Part shown: positions 8,390 to 17,603 of the stretch, piece by piece
Layout of the letters: each line of letters opens with the position of its first letter
Numbering within the stretch: position 1 is the first letter of the stretch
Origin: a virus
Taxonomy: Duplodnaviria > Caudoviricetes
Virus record (IMG/VR): IMGVR_UViG_3300030095_000584
Location: 1-33,592 of that record
Direction: 5' to 3' (one strand)
DNA length: 33,592 nucleotides
The notes under the pieces: generated by a model
Seen by the model: the letters and a program-made list of their open reading frames with translations, nothing else
What the model was told of the DNA's origin: nothing
Database searches by the model: none
Made by a program: the position numbers and the translations under genes

Positions 8390-10707
8390 TGGCAACATTA
8401 CAACAATTACCACCTGAAGGTCAAAAGGCTATTGCTAACTCTTTAGGTTTTACAGGAGATGTAAAAGATTTTCCTAAATACTTAATGCAAAATCAAGATG
8501 TTGCAAATAGATACTCTAAGTTAGAAGATGCATTTCAAAAGCAACAAATGTTTGCTCAACAGAAACGAATGGGTATGGCAGAGGGTGGTATGCCTATGGG
8601 TAGGTTTCAACAACTGCAACAAACTCAAGGTGTAGGTGGTTATATAGCACCACCTAGAATGTCTTTTCAAGAAGGTGGCACTACAACTACAACTGTGCCT
8701 ACTACAACTATTCCTAACCCTGATGCACAACCAACTTCAATGCCCGATAGCTTTACACCAATGCCAGTAGCTCCACTGCCACCCGGTTTTTTTCCACCAC
8801 TACCAATACCACCTGCACCTGAAGAGCCAACTACGACTAAAAGTTTTGAGACACTTCCTACTAAGGAACAAACTGCACCTGTATTTGCTAAAAAGACAGT
8901 GCCTATTATAGACCAAAACCCAACATTAGATGATGGCACTGCTAATCCTAATTATGGACAACCTGTTACAGACCAAAATGAATTTTTAGAAGATGGTACT
9001 ACTCCTAATCCTAATTATGGTCAACCGATTACACAGGAAGTAGACCCAAATATAGGTGATATAACTGCTCAACAAGCTATAGACCCTAGATTACCTGCAG
9101 GTACAGCAGTAGAAGCTGTTGGTATAACACCAACTGCAGAACAAGACATAGCTTCAGGAACTGGTGGTGTTACTGGAACAGTGGCTTTACCTACAGTACA
9201 AGCAACAACTACAACTGCAGACCAACAAACTAAAACTGCAGCAAACGTAATGACTGCTAGTGAAGTAACTCCTAATGTAAAAGAAGCATTAAAAAATGTA
9301 GAAGGTGCTCAAGGACAACTATCAGAAGACAGTAAAGTTGTAGCTGCTCAACAAGATGAAACATCCGTAAGTCAATTACAAGCTGCTCAAGGTGTAGCTA
9401 ATGTAATGGAAAACCCTATGCAGAGGGAGATACAAGAGGGTGAACTAATCTCAGCTTCTGCTAATGCAGTAAAGGCTGCTCAGTTTGCAGAACAGGTAGA
9501 TGCTGCGACTGCAACTCCTAGTGAAAAGGCTACTGTAAAAGGACAGTTAGCAGACCTAACAGAAAACTTTGATGCTACTAACCCACCACCTTGGGCAGCA
9601 GGAGCAATCAGAGGTGTCCAAGCCATGATGCAACAAAGAGGTTTAGGTGCTTCTAGTATGGCAGGACAAGCACTTGTGCAAGCAGCGATGGAATCTGCAT
9701 TACCAATAGCACAGGTAGACGCTTCTACTTTTGCAAAGTTTGAAGCTCAGAATTTATCTAACAGACAACAAAGAGCAATGTTAGCTGCAGAGCAAAGAGC
9801 TAAATTTATAGGTCAAGAGTTTGACCAAGCCTTTCAAGCAAAGGTTTTAAACGCTTCAAAGATAGCAGATGTAGCTAATAGAAATTTTACTGCAGAACAA
9901 CAGGTAGCATTAGAGAACTCTCGTGCTGCTCAAACTATGAATCTGCAGAACTTATCTAACAGACAAGCGTTAACAATGGCAGAAGCATCTGCACTTGCTA
10001 ATATGGATGCTGCTAATTTAAGCAATAGGCAACAAGCTGCAGTTCAAAATGCAAATTCATTCTTGCAAATGGACATGGCTAATTTGTCTAACACACAACA
10101 AGCAGATATGTTCGTAGCACAACAACAAGTACAATCTTTATTTACAGACCAAGCTGCCAAGAATGCTGCTGCTCAGTTTAATGCAACATCTCAGAATCAA
10201 ACTGACCAATTCTTTGCTAACTTAGCAAACACTACTAATCAGTTTAATGCCACACAGATGAATGCACAATCACAGTTTAATGCAGGACAGGCTAATACAA
10301 TAGAAAGATTTAATGCAGAGATTAATAATCAACGTGACCAATTTAATGCACAGAATCAGTTGGTTATTGCACAATCAAATGCTAATTGGAGAAGACAGAT
10401 AGCCACTGCAGATACTGCAGCTATCAATAGAACTAATGAATTAAATGCTCAGAACTTATTAGGTATATCTAATACTGCTTACAATAACTTGTGGCAATAT
10501 TATGGTGACACTATGGAGTGGGCATGGACTTCTGCAGAGAATGAAAGAAGTCGTGTTATTGAACTTGCTAAAGCACAATTAGAAGCAGACAGTTCAACTA
10601 ATATACAAACCTTAAAGAATGACTATAACTCATCTGCTGCTTTTGGTAGTTTAATTGGTAAGTTTGTAACAGGTGGAATCTTTGGTGGTGGAGGATTATT
10701 CGGATAA
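8389..10707 (+). CDS. Putative internal virion / DNA ejection (pilot-like) protein
   Basis: GTG start overlaps the upstream TAG. Pro/Thr-rich N-terminal part, Q/N/A-rich C-terminal half with strict 11-residue periodicity, and a Gly-rich hydrophobic C-terminus. Confidence 0.6.
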   Translation: MATLQQLPPEGQKAIANSLGFTGDVKDFPKYLMQNQDVANRYSKLEDAFQKQQMFAQQKRMGMAEGGMPMGRFQQLQQTQGVGGYIAPPRMSFQEGGTTTTTVPTTTIPNPDAQPTSMPDSFTPMPVAPLPPGFFPPLPIPPAPEEPTTTKSFETLPTKEQTAPVFAKKTVPIIDQNPTLDDGTANPNYGQPVTDQNEFLEDGTTPNPNYGQPITQEVDPNIGDITAQQAIDPRLPAGTAVEAVGITPTAEQDIASGTGGVTGTVALPTVQATTTTADQQTKTAANVMTASEVTPNVKEALKNVEGAQGQLSEDSKVVAAQQDETSVSQLQAAQGVANVMENPMQREIQEGELISASANAVKAAQFAEQVDAATATPSEKATVKGQLADLTENFDATNPPPWAAGAIRGVQAMMQQRGLGASSMAGQALVQAAMESALPIAQVDASTFAKFEAQNLSNRQQRAMLAAEQRAKFIGQEFDQAFQAKVLNASKIADVANRNFTAEQQVALENSRAAQTMNLQNLSNRQALTMAEASALANMDAANLSNRQQAAVQNANSFLQMDMANLSNTQQADMFVAQQQVQSLFTDQAAKNAAAQFNATSQNQTDQFFANLANTTNQFNATQMNAQSQFNAGQANTIERFNAEINNQRDQFNAQNQLVIAQSNANWRRQIATADTAAINRTNELNAQNLLGISNTAYNNLWQYYGDTMEWAWTSAENERSRVIELAKAQLEADSSTNIQTLKNDYNSSAAFGSLIGKFVTGGIFGGGGLFG
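8911..9033 (+). repeat. Tandem duplication of a 20/21-aa coding unit (DQNxxLxDGTxxNPNYGQPxT)
   Basis: DQNPTLDDGTANPNYGQPVT (8911-8970) is followed by DQNEFLEDGTTPNPNYGQPIT (8971-9033). Confidence 0.85.
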
Positions 10708-10901
10708 TGGAAACAAACCCAAGCATAAAATTATACAGAAAATTAAGAGAGATGGAAGTAAAACCTATAGAGCAACCAAAAGGGGGTTTACTTTCTAAAA
10801 CCATGTCATCTACTAAGGCTAGAAAATATAAGCCTAATACAGATGTAGGTATGCGTGTTGCAAGATACATACAAGATATTAAGGAATATAAAGATGCGTG
10901 A
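10707..10901 (+). CDS. Small basic hypothetical protein in the virion block
   Basis: TAATG coupling to the upstream gene, GGAGG upstream, 64 aa, KGGLL motif. Confidence 0.65.
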   Translation: METNPSIKLYRKLREMEVKPIEQPKGGLLSKTMSSTKARKYKPNTDVGMRVARYIQDIKEYKDA

Positions 10902-11388
10902 TGTAGACCAAGTATCATTAAGTAGACCTGTTCCGGGTCAGTCTCTTACACATGAAGTAAGAGCTAGACCTTGGCAGAACCCACCACAGTTTAATACTGT
11001 AGAGGAGTCTATGGATTGGTACTTAGAAAGATTTAACAATCCTGATTTAGTTCAAGAAATATTAGCTATAATAGAATCAGGTGTACCTATATCTACAATA
11101 GCTAACTCTATGCAACTTGGTGCAGTGCTACAAGGTGTGCATTCTATAGATGTAGGAGTATTAATAGTTCCTATAATCATGGAGATTTTAAGAACGTTAG
11201 CAGAAAAAACAGATACTAAATATGTTATTGGTGATGAGCCTGAAGAAACAGACAGACCATCAGACGCAGTATTAGATTCTGCTTTAAATAAAATTAAAAG
11301 TGTTGAGGTTGAGGATATGCCTGAAGAAGAACAGGTTGAAGAAGATGTTGATGAAGAGCCTATGGGTCTTATGGCGAGGAGAGCATAA
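10894..11388 (+). CDS. Conserved-looking hypothetical phage protein with acidic C-terminus
   Basis: ATG at 10894 with AAGGA upstream is preferred over the track start at 10855. Contains PVPGQSLT...PWQNPPQF and ends in GLMARRA. Confidence 0.7.
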   Translation: MRDVDQVSLSRPVPGQSLTHEVRARPWQNPPQFNTVEESMDWYLERFNNPDLVQEILAIIESGVPISTIANSMQLGAVLQGVHSIDVGVLIVPIIMEILRTLAEKTDTKYVIGDEPEETDRPSDAVLDSALNKIKSVEVEDMPEEEQVEEDVDEEPMGLMARRA

Positions 11389-12779
11389 TGGGATTTAATT
11401 TTGGTGCATTTTTAGGTGGTGCTGCTACTCAGATAGTAGAAGATATTGATGAGCAAGAAAAAGAAATAAAGCTACGTACTAGAACTATACTTGACAGACA
11501 AGTTGCAGAAGCTGTAGAAAATAGAAAAAAGTTTCAAAACGATAAAGAGAAAGTAGAGAAGCAAATCACTTCTATTGCACAGTTGTTTGATACAGATGAC
11601 CAATTTAGATTTAATAAAGCTAGAGCCATAGTTGCAGGTGGAGATGCCCACTATAATACCATGTATAAAGAATTAGCAACACACAAAAAATTGGGTGGCA
11701 GTATGAAAGAAGCCTATGATTATACTCACGCAAATGAAGAGCAAGGTTTTGAAACTGTACAAGATGCAGCAAAAGGATTGGCTAAGTTAAGAACTATATC
11801 TGCTCCTGAAATTTCTACAGGTGTAACAACTAAGGGTATGCAGTTGTTTGGTATAGACCCTAAAAGGTCTTATGAACAGGCTAAGTTACAGTATGTACAA
11901 GCAGGTTTATTACCTTCAGATAAGGCAAGTAAGGAAGATATACAGAAAGAATTTGGTAAGGGTTCTATTAGATATGATAGACTAATGAAAGCTCCTAAAG
12001 ATTTAGAATCACAACTAGGAGTTATAGCTACACAAATAAGTCAATTAGATAAGAATGATGCTAATTATAAAGATAAGTTAGATGCTCTTAATGAAAAGAA
12101 GAGCAATGTGATATCAATCTTAGCAGAAGTAAATGAGAAGTCTGCAACAGTTCAAGCAGCCAATATAGCTGCAGGTGCTAAAGATGATAGCACAGACAAA
12201 GACCTAACCTTCTCTAAAATTAATACAGGTTTTAATAGCATAGTCTCTAATTTAAAAACAGAATTAGGTTATAGCACATCAGGTGGTATATTAAAAATAA
12301 CAACACCTACTGGTCTTTTAACAGGTGATGAGGCTTCTGAGTATTATACTAATAAAGTTAGAGAAGCTAAGAAAAATTATGTTAAAGGTTTACTTGATAG
12401 TGAAGGCAATATAAAATCAGAAGGTTCTTCTAATTGGATAGCGACTAACAACGCACAAGATTTAGTTGAAGAGATACTAGTAGAAAAGTTTGGCGAAGAA
12501 AAAAAGGGAACAAAAAAAGAGTCTCCTTTTAAACAAGACGATAAAGTTAAAGCTAATGAAATCGCAAACAAAAAAATGGAAGACTTTAAGAAGAAGCATC
12601 CTATACCACAAGCAGGTATCCAAGCATTAATAAATCAAGGAGACAAGAACGATAAGAATTTAAGAGAAGATGTTCTTGATACAGTAGAGCAGATTTATCC
12701 CAATGTAAAAAGAGAAGAGTTAATTAAAATGATTATAGATGCTATGGGAATTAAAAAGACTAAACCTGATGTTATTTAG
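11388..12779 (+). CDS. Putative internal virion protein
   Basis: TAATG coupling and GAGGAG RBS. N-terminal Gly-rich hydrophobic MGFNFGAFLGGAA, then a helical charged body. Sits between other ejection-like genes. Confidence 0.55.
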   Translation: MGFNFGAFLGGAATQIVEDIDEQEKEIKLRTRTILDRQVAEAVENRKKFQNDKEKVEKQITSIAQLFDTDDQFRFNKARAIVAGGDAHYNTMYKELATHKKLGGSMKEAYDYTHANEEQGFETVQDAAKGLAKLRTISAPEISTGVTTKGMQLFGIDPKRSYEQAKLQYVQAGLLPSDKASKEDIQKEFGKGSIRYDRLMKAPKDLESQLGVIATQISQLDKNDANYKDKLDALNEKKSNVISILAEVNEKSATVQAANIAAGAKDDSTDKDLTFSKINTGFNSIVSNLKTELGYSTSGGILKITTPTGLLTGDEASEYYTNKVREAKKNYVKGLLDSEGNIKSEGSSNWIATNNAQDLVEEILVEKFGEEKKGTKKESPFKQDDKVKANEIANKKMEDFKKKHPIPQAGIQALINQGDKNDKNLREDVLDTVEQIYPNVKREELIKMIIDAMGIKKTKPDVI

Positions 12780-12792
12780 TAGGTAGGTAGTT

Positions 12793-15700
12793 ATGGCAAA
12801 TATATTTCTACGAGATGCAGAAAAAGAATTAGGATTAGGTCAAGAAAAAGAAGAGAATATTCTTGAAGAAGAGGAAAAAGAAAAATCTCGTATTACTAAT
12901 ATCTTTCAACGTGAGGCAGAAAAAGAATTAAAATTAGTTGAAGAAAAAGAAGAAGAAGACAAACCTAAAGCTGAAGATTCCTTCAAGCTAGACCCCACAT
13001 ACGCAGATGAAACATACAAAGAGAAAGTAAAAACTTTAGACGAGTTTTCTAAAGACGATAACTTTTTGTCAACTTTACGTTCTTATGGTGAGAAAAGATT
13101 CGGTGAATCAGGTTTACAAATGGAAGGTGAAAGTAACAAAGACTACGTAAAAAGATTTATCACACACTACAGACAAATAAATGCAAACACATTAGACTTA
13201 ATGGGTCAGGTGGATTGGATTCGCAGTTCATCAGAGCAGGACAAAGCAGAGTTTGGTGCATTGTATAGAGATATACAGAGACTGCCTAGCTTCTATGAAG
13301 AAGGTGGCACAGGAACTGTTGATGGTTTGTTAGACTATGCTAAAGCAGTTATAACTGACCCTGTTAGTTTAATAGGTTTAGGCACTGCTAAGATTGCTAC
13401 AACTGCAGCAACTCAACTTGCTAAGAAAGCCATATTAGAAACAGGTAAAAGGGGAGCAATAGCTCAGTCAGGAAAGATAGGATTTCAAGCTGTTAAAACT
13501 CCGTTATTAGTAGAAGCAGGAGTAGAGGGATTAAGAGGTGCGTATGATGAGTATGCTTTATCACAAGTAGAAAAAGAAGCTAAAATGCTTGATGAAGAAG
13601 GAGAGTTCAAAGAAGATGCTACAGTTAGTGATATACTTATAGCTGCAGGGATAAGCTCAACAATAGTTGGAACTATTGGGGGTATAGGATATAAAAGTTT
13701 AGGCAAGAGTGCTATAAATGACGCTAGAAAAAAGTTAATTAAAGAAGGTAAAAATGATAGATTAGCTGCCAAAGCATTTGGTGGTAATCCTAATCCTGCT
13801 AATAATATAGGCAGACAGTTGACAATGAATGCAGATGATATTTCTTTTGACCCTACAGAGGGCAGAAGAGTATTAGATAAGTTAGACCCTGATTTAAATT
13901 TATCCAATTTAGATATACTAGACAAAAAAGCAAAAGTAGATGTGATACAAAGAGTATCTAAAGTAGCAACTGAAACTGTTGAAGACTTACTAAAAGATAC
14001 CACAGGAAAGTATGATAAGTTCCTTTCCAAATATCAAGAGGGAGATGGTAAAGCATCTGAAGCTATTGGTGAGATACTGCAAAGGTTTAACACCAAAGAA
14101 TTTGAAGGGATTGATTTAGATGTATTAGATGGTGCTATAGCAAGAGCAGGATTAACACAGAAACAGTTTTCTGAAATTACATATACTTCTTTTAGTGAAG
14201 CAGGTCAGTTACTACAAGCTGCTAGTCCATTAGGTAAATTATTTAAAGGTTATAAAGAATCAGACGCTACTCTCAAAAAGTTATTTGATGAGAAGTTTGG
14301 TAACATGGGTGATACTGAAACAAGTAAGTTAGTATCCTTCATGCAAAGACTTGATAGAGAACGTAGAGCATTAATGGTTACTCAGTTATCTACCACTGTT
14401 CGTAACGTGGCTACAGGTGTAACACGATTAGGTTTTGAGACTGCTTATAATTTAATGGAATCAAGTTTATACCACGCAGGTAGAGCAGTAAACTCTTTAG
14501 CTACAGGAAAAGCAGTTGAAGATATAACTGCAGGAAACTTCCAAAGAGGTCTAAGAGATATAGGTAGAGATGCATTTGGTCTAATTGCATTTACTTTAGA
14601 TAACAATACTTCTAAGGAATTAGCAGACTCCTTATTAAAATACAATCCTCAACTACTAAGAACTTTAAATAGAACTACAGGAGAGGTGACAGGAACAGAG
14701 AGTCTCTCTAGAATTACTATGGCACTTAACCATCTTAACATCATGCAAGATGGTTTCTTTAGAAGAGGTGTATTCACTGCTTCAATAGATAAAAAATTAA
14801 GACGTATGGGTACTAACTTAGCAGATGTACATAGACAAGGCACAGTGTTGCCTACTAAGTTAGTGGGTGATTCAGTAGAAGATGCCTTATCTTTTACATT
14901 CTCTCGTATGCCTAAACAAAACTCTAAGAAATATGTAGGTGATGGTATTGCTTATAACTTTATTAAATTTAATGAAGCATTAGGACCTTTGCCCGGACTT
15001 ATAGGTGTTCCTGCAGGTACAGGTGCTTTTCCTTTTGCAAGGTTTATGATGAATGCCATGCAGTTTCAGTTCCAATATAGTCCTGTAAGTTTCATAGGTG
15101 CTACTTTAAATAGTGCAGGTGGTCTAGGTAAATATTTAAAAGGTGATTTTAAGGCAGGTGAAAGACAGTTTAATAAGGCTAGAGAGCAACTAGCTAAAGG
15201 TATGGTAGGCTATGCTGCCTTGCAATCTGCAATATATCATAGGTCTAATAACCAAGATGTTAAATGGTACGAATCTAAAACTGAAGATGGAAGAACTGCA
15301 GACATGAGACCTTTCTTTCCATTAGCTCCGTACTTAATTGTGGCAGACTTTATTGTTAAGTGGGATAACAACGAGCTAGATAAAATAGATACTAAAGATT
15401 TATTAGAAGGTATAACAGGCTCTCAATTTAGAACAGGTGCTAGTTCTTATATGTTAGAATCATTCTATAAGAATCTTAGAAGTCCTACAGGACTCACAGA
15501 TATAACAGGTGAAAAACTAGCAGAGTACGTAGGTGGTTATGTTGGTGAACTTGTTGGTGGTGCTATAACTCCGGGTAGAATAGTAAGAGATGTGGTGGCT
15601 GCTTTTGATGAAGAGGAAGCAGTGATAAGAGACTTTAATCAAATTGATGGTTCAGGTGCTAAAGAAAGAGGACTAAGTGCTTTTGAAAATTCAATCATGC

Positions 15701-16281
15701 GTAACTTACCTTTTGTTAAAGAGTATTATCCTGAATTAGAAAGTGCCACTAGAGAAGGTAAAATATATAGACAGAGTCCTTTGGGAACTCAACTAACAGG
15801 TATTAGAAAAGAAATGCAAAGAACTCCTGTAGAAAAAGAACTAGTTAAGTTTGGATTAGAAACTTTTAATGTAGTGCCTTCAACAGGAGATAAGTCTGCA
15901 GATGCTTTTGTTAAAAAGTATATGGGTAAGTATGTAGATAAAGAAGTTAGAAAGATAGTAGAGTCTGATAAATATAAAGAGCTATCAGATGTTAAGAAGA
16001 AAGCCATGTTGCAAAACTATTTAAGAATATATAGAAATGTATCTAAAGAACTAGGAAAAGCAGAGGCTCAAAGTAAATCTAAGTTAGAAGGAAAATCGTT
16101 CACTGCTTTTGATAGAGCACAATGGAGTAGGTTAGGTTCTGATAAAAGAAAACTGGCAGACGAATATTATATAGAAAAGTATGGGATGTCAGTAATGGAA
16201 ATGCAAGAAGCAGAGCCTGAAAGAAATCATTTTTTGATGGGTAAAATTATGGGTAATGCATTATCCTCTAGTGCATTATAA
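12793..16281 (+). CDS. Large putative internal virion / ejection protein
   Basis: 1162 aa, predicted helical, last gene of the late block. Size and position resemble the large podovirus core proteins; no catalytic motif recognised. Confidence 0.6.
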   Translation: MANIFLRDAEKELGLGQEKEENILEEEEKEKSRITNIFQREAEKELKLVEEKEEEDKPKAEDSFKLDPTYADETYKEKVKTLDEFSKDDNFLSTLRSYGEKRFGESGLQMEGESNKDYVKRFITHYRQINANTLDLMGQVDWIRSSSEQDKAEFGALYRDIQRLPSFYEEGGTGTVDGLLDYAKAVITDPVSLIGLGTAKIATTAATQLAKKAILETGKRGAIAQSGKIGFQAVKTPLLVEAGVEGLRGAYDEYALSQVEKEAKMLDEEGEFKEDATVSDILIAAGISSTIVGTIGGIGYKSLGKSAINDARKKLIKEGKNDRLAAKAFGGNPNPANNIGRQLTMNADDISFDPTEGRRVLDKLDPDLNLSNLDILDKKAKVDVIQRVSKVATETVEDLLKDTTGKYDKFLSKYQEGDGKASEAIGEILQRFNTKEFEGIDLDVLDGAIARAGLTQKQFSEITYTSFSEAGQLLQAASPLGKLFKGYKESDATLKKLFDEKFGNMGDTETSKLVSFMQRLDRERRALMVTQLSTTVRNVATGVTRLGFETAYNLMESSLYHAGRAVNSLATGKAVEDITAGNFQRGLRDIGRDAFGLIAFTLDNNTSKELADSLLKYNPQLLRTLNRTTGEVTGTESLSRITMALNHLNIMQDGFFRRGVFTASIDKKLRRMGTNLADVHRQGTVLPTKLVGDSVEDALSFTFSRMPKQNSKKYVGDGIAYNFIKFNEALGPLPGLIGVPAGTGAFPFARFMMNAMQFQFQYSPVSFIGATLNSAGGLGKYLKGDFKAGERQFNKAREQLAKGMVGYAALQSAIYHRSNNQDVKWYESKTEDGRTADMRPFFPLAPYLIVADFIVKWDNNELDKIDTKDLLEGITGSQFRTGASSYMLESFYKNLRSPTGLTDITGEKLAEYVGGYVGELVGGAITPGRIVRDVVAAFDEEEAVIRDFNQIDGSGAKERGLSAFENSIMRNLPFVKEYYPELESATREGKIYRQSPLGTQLTGIRKEMQRTPVEKELVKFGLETFNVVPSTGDKSADAFVKKYMGKYVDKEVRKIVESDKYKELSDVKKKAMLQNYLRIYRNVSKELGKAEAQSKSKLEGKSFTAFDRAQWSRLGSDKRKLADEYYIEKYGMSVMEMQEAEPERNHFLMGKIMGNALSSSAL

Positions 16282-16377
16282 TTACCACAATCCTAACAAC
16301 CTACCATTACCTACTATAATAAATAGACACGTAACTATGTGCAGAGTGTACCAAAGTACCTGTGCTAGTTTAACCAA
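16282..16377 (-). CDS. Small hydrophobic peptide (31 aa), not in ORF track
   Basis: TTG start overlaps the end of the upstream gene: MVKLAQVLWYTLHIVTCLFIIVGNGRLLGLW*. It exactly fills the gap up to the convergent + strand stop. Confidence 0.45.
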   Translation of the reverse strand: MVKLAQVLWYTLHIVTCLFIIVGNGRLLGLW

Positions 16378-16618
16378 ACAAATATCTCATGATTCCCATA
16401 GCTAATGCTGCACAAGCTACCCCATTTACCATAAGCAAAGCTCTGTCATGCCATATATAAGCCATCCCTGCTAACAATCCTGTACCAATACAAGACGATA
16501 CAAGGTCATATAGAGGTAAAACACCCACTGACCTACATATTATACCTGACATAATTAGGAACGACCCTGCCCATTTTAGATACCAAGAAAGGTCATGTGT
16601 AGGTGTTATCTTTTGCAT
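16370..16618 (-). CDS. Small three-helix membrane protein
   Basis: AAGGA RBS. Three hydrophobic segments (WYLKWAGSFLIMSGII; LVSSCIGTGLLAGMAYIW; ALLMVNGVACAALAMGIM). Confidence 0.7.
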   Translation of the reverse strand: MQKITPTHDLSWYLKWAGSFLIMSGIICRSVGVLPLYDLVSSCIGTGLLAGMAYIWHDRALLMVNGVACAALAMGIMRYLFG

Positions 16619-16757
16619 TTAATTCCTTTGCTTTTTTAAGAATAATTTCTAATTGTTTATTAACATTCTCTAAACTTTTTATTATATCCTCTATAGAATT
16701 AGAGGGCAGTTTCCTGCCCTGCATAAACCTACGAGCTTCTTCTTCTAGATTCTTCAC
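16593..16757 (-). CDS. Small coiled-coil hypothetical protein (54 aa), not in ORF track
   Basis: GTG start: MKNLEEEARRFMQGRKLPSNSIEDIIKSLENVNKQLEIILKKAKELNAKDNTYT*. It fills the gap and overlaps both neighbours. Confidence 0.55.
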   Translation of the reverse strand: MKNLEEEARRFMQGRKLPSNSIEDIIKSLENVNKQLEIILKKAKELNAKDNTYT

Positions 16758-16983
16758 GTTTTACTTTCTCTAACTGTTTAAAGAAGGCAAAGTCATAACC
16801 TCTCTGCCACTCTCTGTGTTGCATGGTATTAGAGTTATAAGGACTTACTGTCGCTATAACTTTATGACCTTTAACATTTCTTATGTACTGATTACCTTTG
16901 AAGGCATTCACCCCACGTTCAAACTGAATACGTAAGGGTGCATCATATTTACTTAGATTTGGATTTCTCTTCTTTCTTTTCAT
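16729..16983 (-). CDS. Ribosome modulation factor (RMF)-like small protein
   Basis: Start at ATG 16983 (AGGA upstream). MKRKKRN...FERGVNAFKG...SPYNSNTMQHREWQRGY parallels E. coli RMF MKRQKRD...HQRGYQAGIAG...CPYQTLNQRSQWLGGW, with insertions. Confidence 0.5.
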   Translation of the reverse strand: MKRKKRNPNLSKYDAPLRIQFERGVNAFKGNQYIRNVKGHKVIATVSPYNSNTMQHREWQRGYDFAFFKQLEKVKREESRRRSS

Positions 16984-17194
16984 CTTCCTGTTTCCTTTCA
17001 AAATATTTAACAACCATTGCAATTTTATCGTCATACGTAGCGACTTTATCCATCTCTTTATCTATAGATTCTATGATGTCGGAATGCTCTCCGATACCCA
17101 CAGAAGTTCTAAGATAGACTTCTATATTTGCTATGTGTTTATTTATATGCCCAACATAGTAGGACTTTATAGCTGATAGTAACATTTCTCTCAT
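16949..17194 (-). CDS. Hypothetical phage protein (VGIGEH motif)
   Basis: AGGAG RBS. HIANIEVYL...VGIGEHSDI pattern is familiar from marine phage hypothetical proteins. Confidence 0.75.
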   Translation of the reverse strand: MREMLLSAIKSYYVGHINKHIANIEVYLRTSVGIGEHSDIIESIDKEMDKVATYDDKIAMVVKYFERKQEDEKKEEKSKSK

Positions 17195-17195
17195 A

Positions 17196-17603
17196 TTATT
17201 CTCCTTTAAATGTTTTAATTACGTCTGATGAAAACAACTTATCAAGTTTTAATAGATACATTCTTGATGCATTGTGGTCTCCACCTGATACACTACGCTT
17301 ATAATCTAATTTGTCAATAAGTTTCTTTAGATTATCCACGCTAAATACAAGTGTACAGAAAACGTCATCTTCTATACACAGATTATGAAACCAATAGTCT
17401 GCTTCTGTAGCATTAATACCACTAGGCTTACCATAAGATTCGTATTCAATAGCTATGTTGCCTGTCTTCTGCCACTTATCTCTTTCACTTTTTACTTCTA
17501 TCTTTTTATTTTGTAGCATATTAGCTACTAGTTCTTCTCGTACCTGTCCATATTCTAGGTCTAAGTCAAACTTCTTTCTGTCTTCTGTAGATGGTGATAA
17601 CAT
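17196..17603 (-). CDS. Putative PD-(D/E)XK-fold nuclease-like protein
   Basis: AGGAG RBS. FDLDLEYG...IEVKSE...TGNIAIEY...SGINATEADYW contains an EVK motif typical of restriction-like folds. Confidence 0.55.
   Translation of the reverse strand: MLSPSTEDRKKFDLDLEYGQVREELVANMLQNKKIEVKSERDKWQKTGNIAIEYESYGKPSGINATEADYWFHNLCIEDDVFCTLVFSVDNLKKLIDKLDYKRSVSGGDHNASRMYLLKLDKLFSSDVIKTFKGE

Noticed and set aside
5889-16007. Other - strand track ORFs within the structural block
   Set aside because: They lie antisense to long, well-supported + strand genes and have no recognisable motifs.
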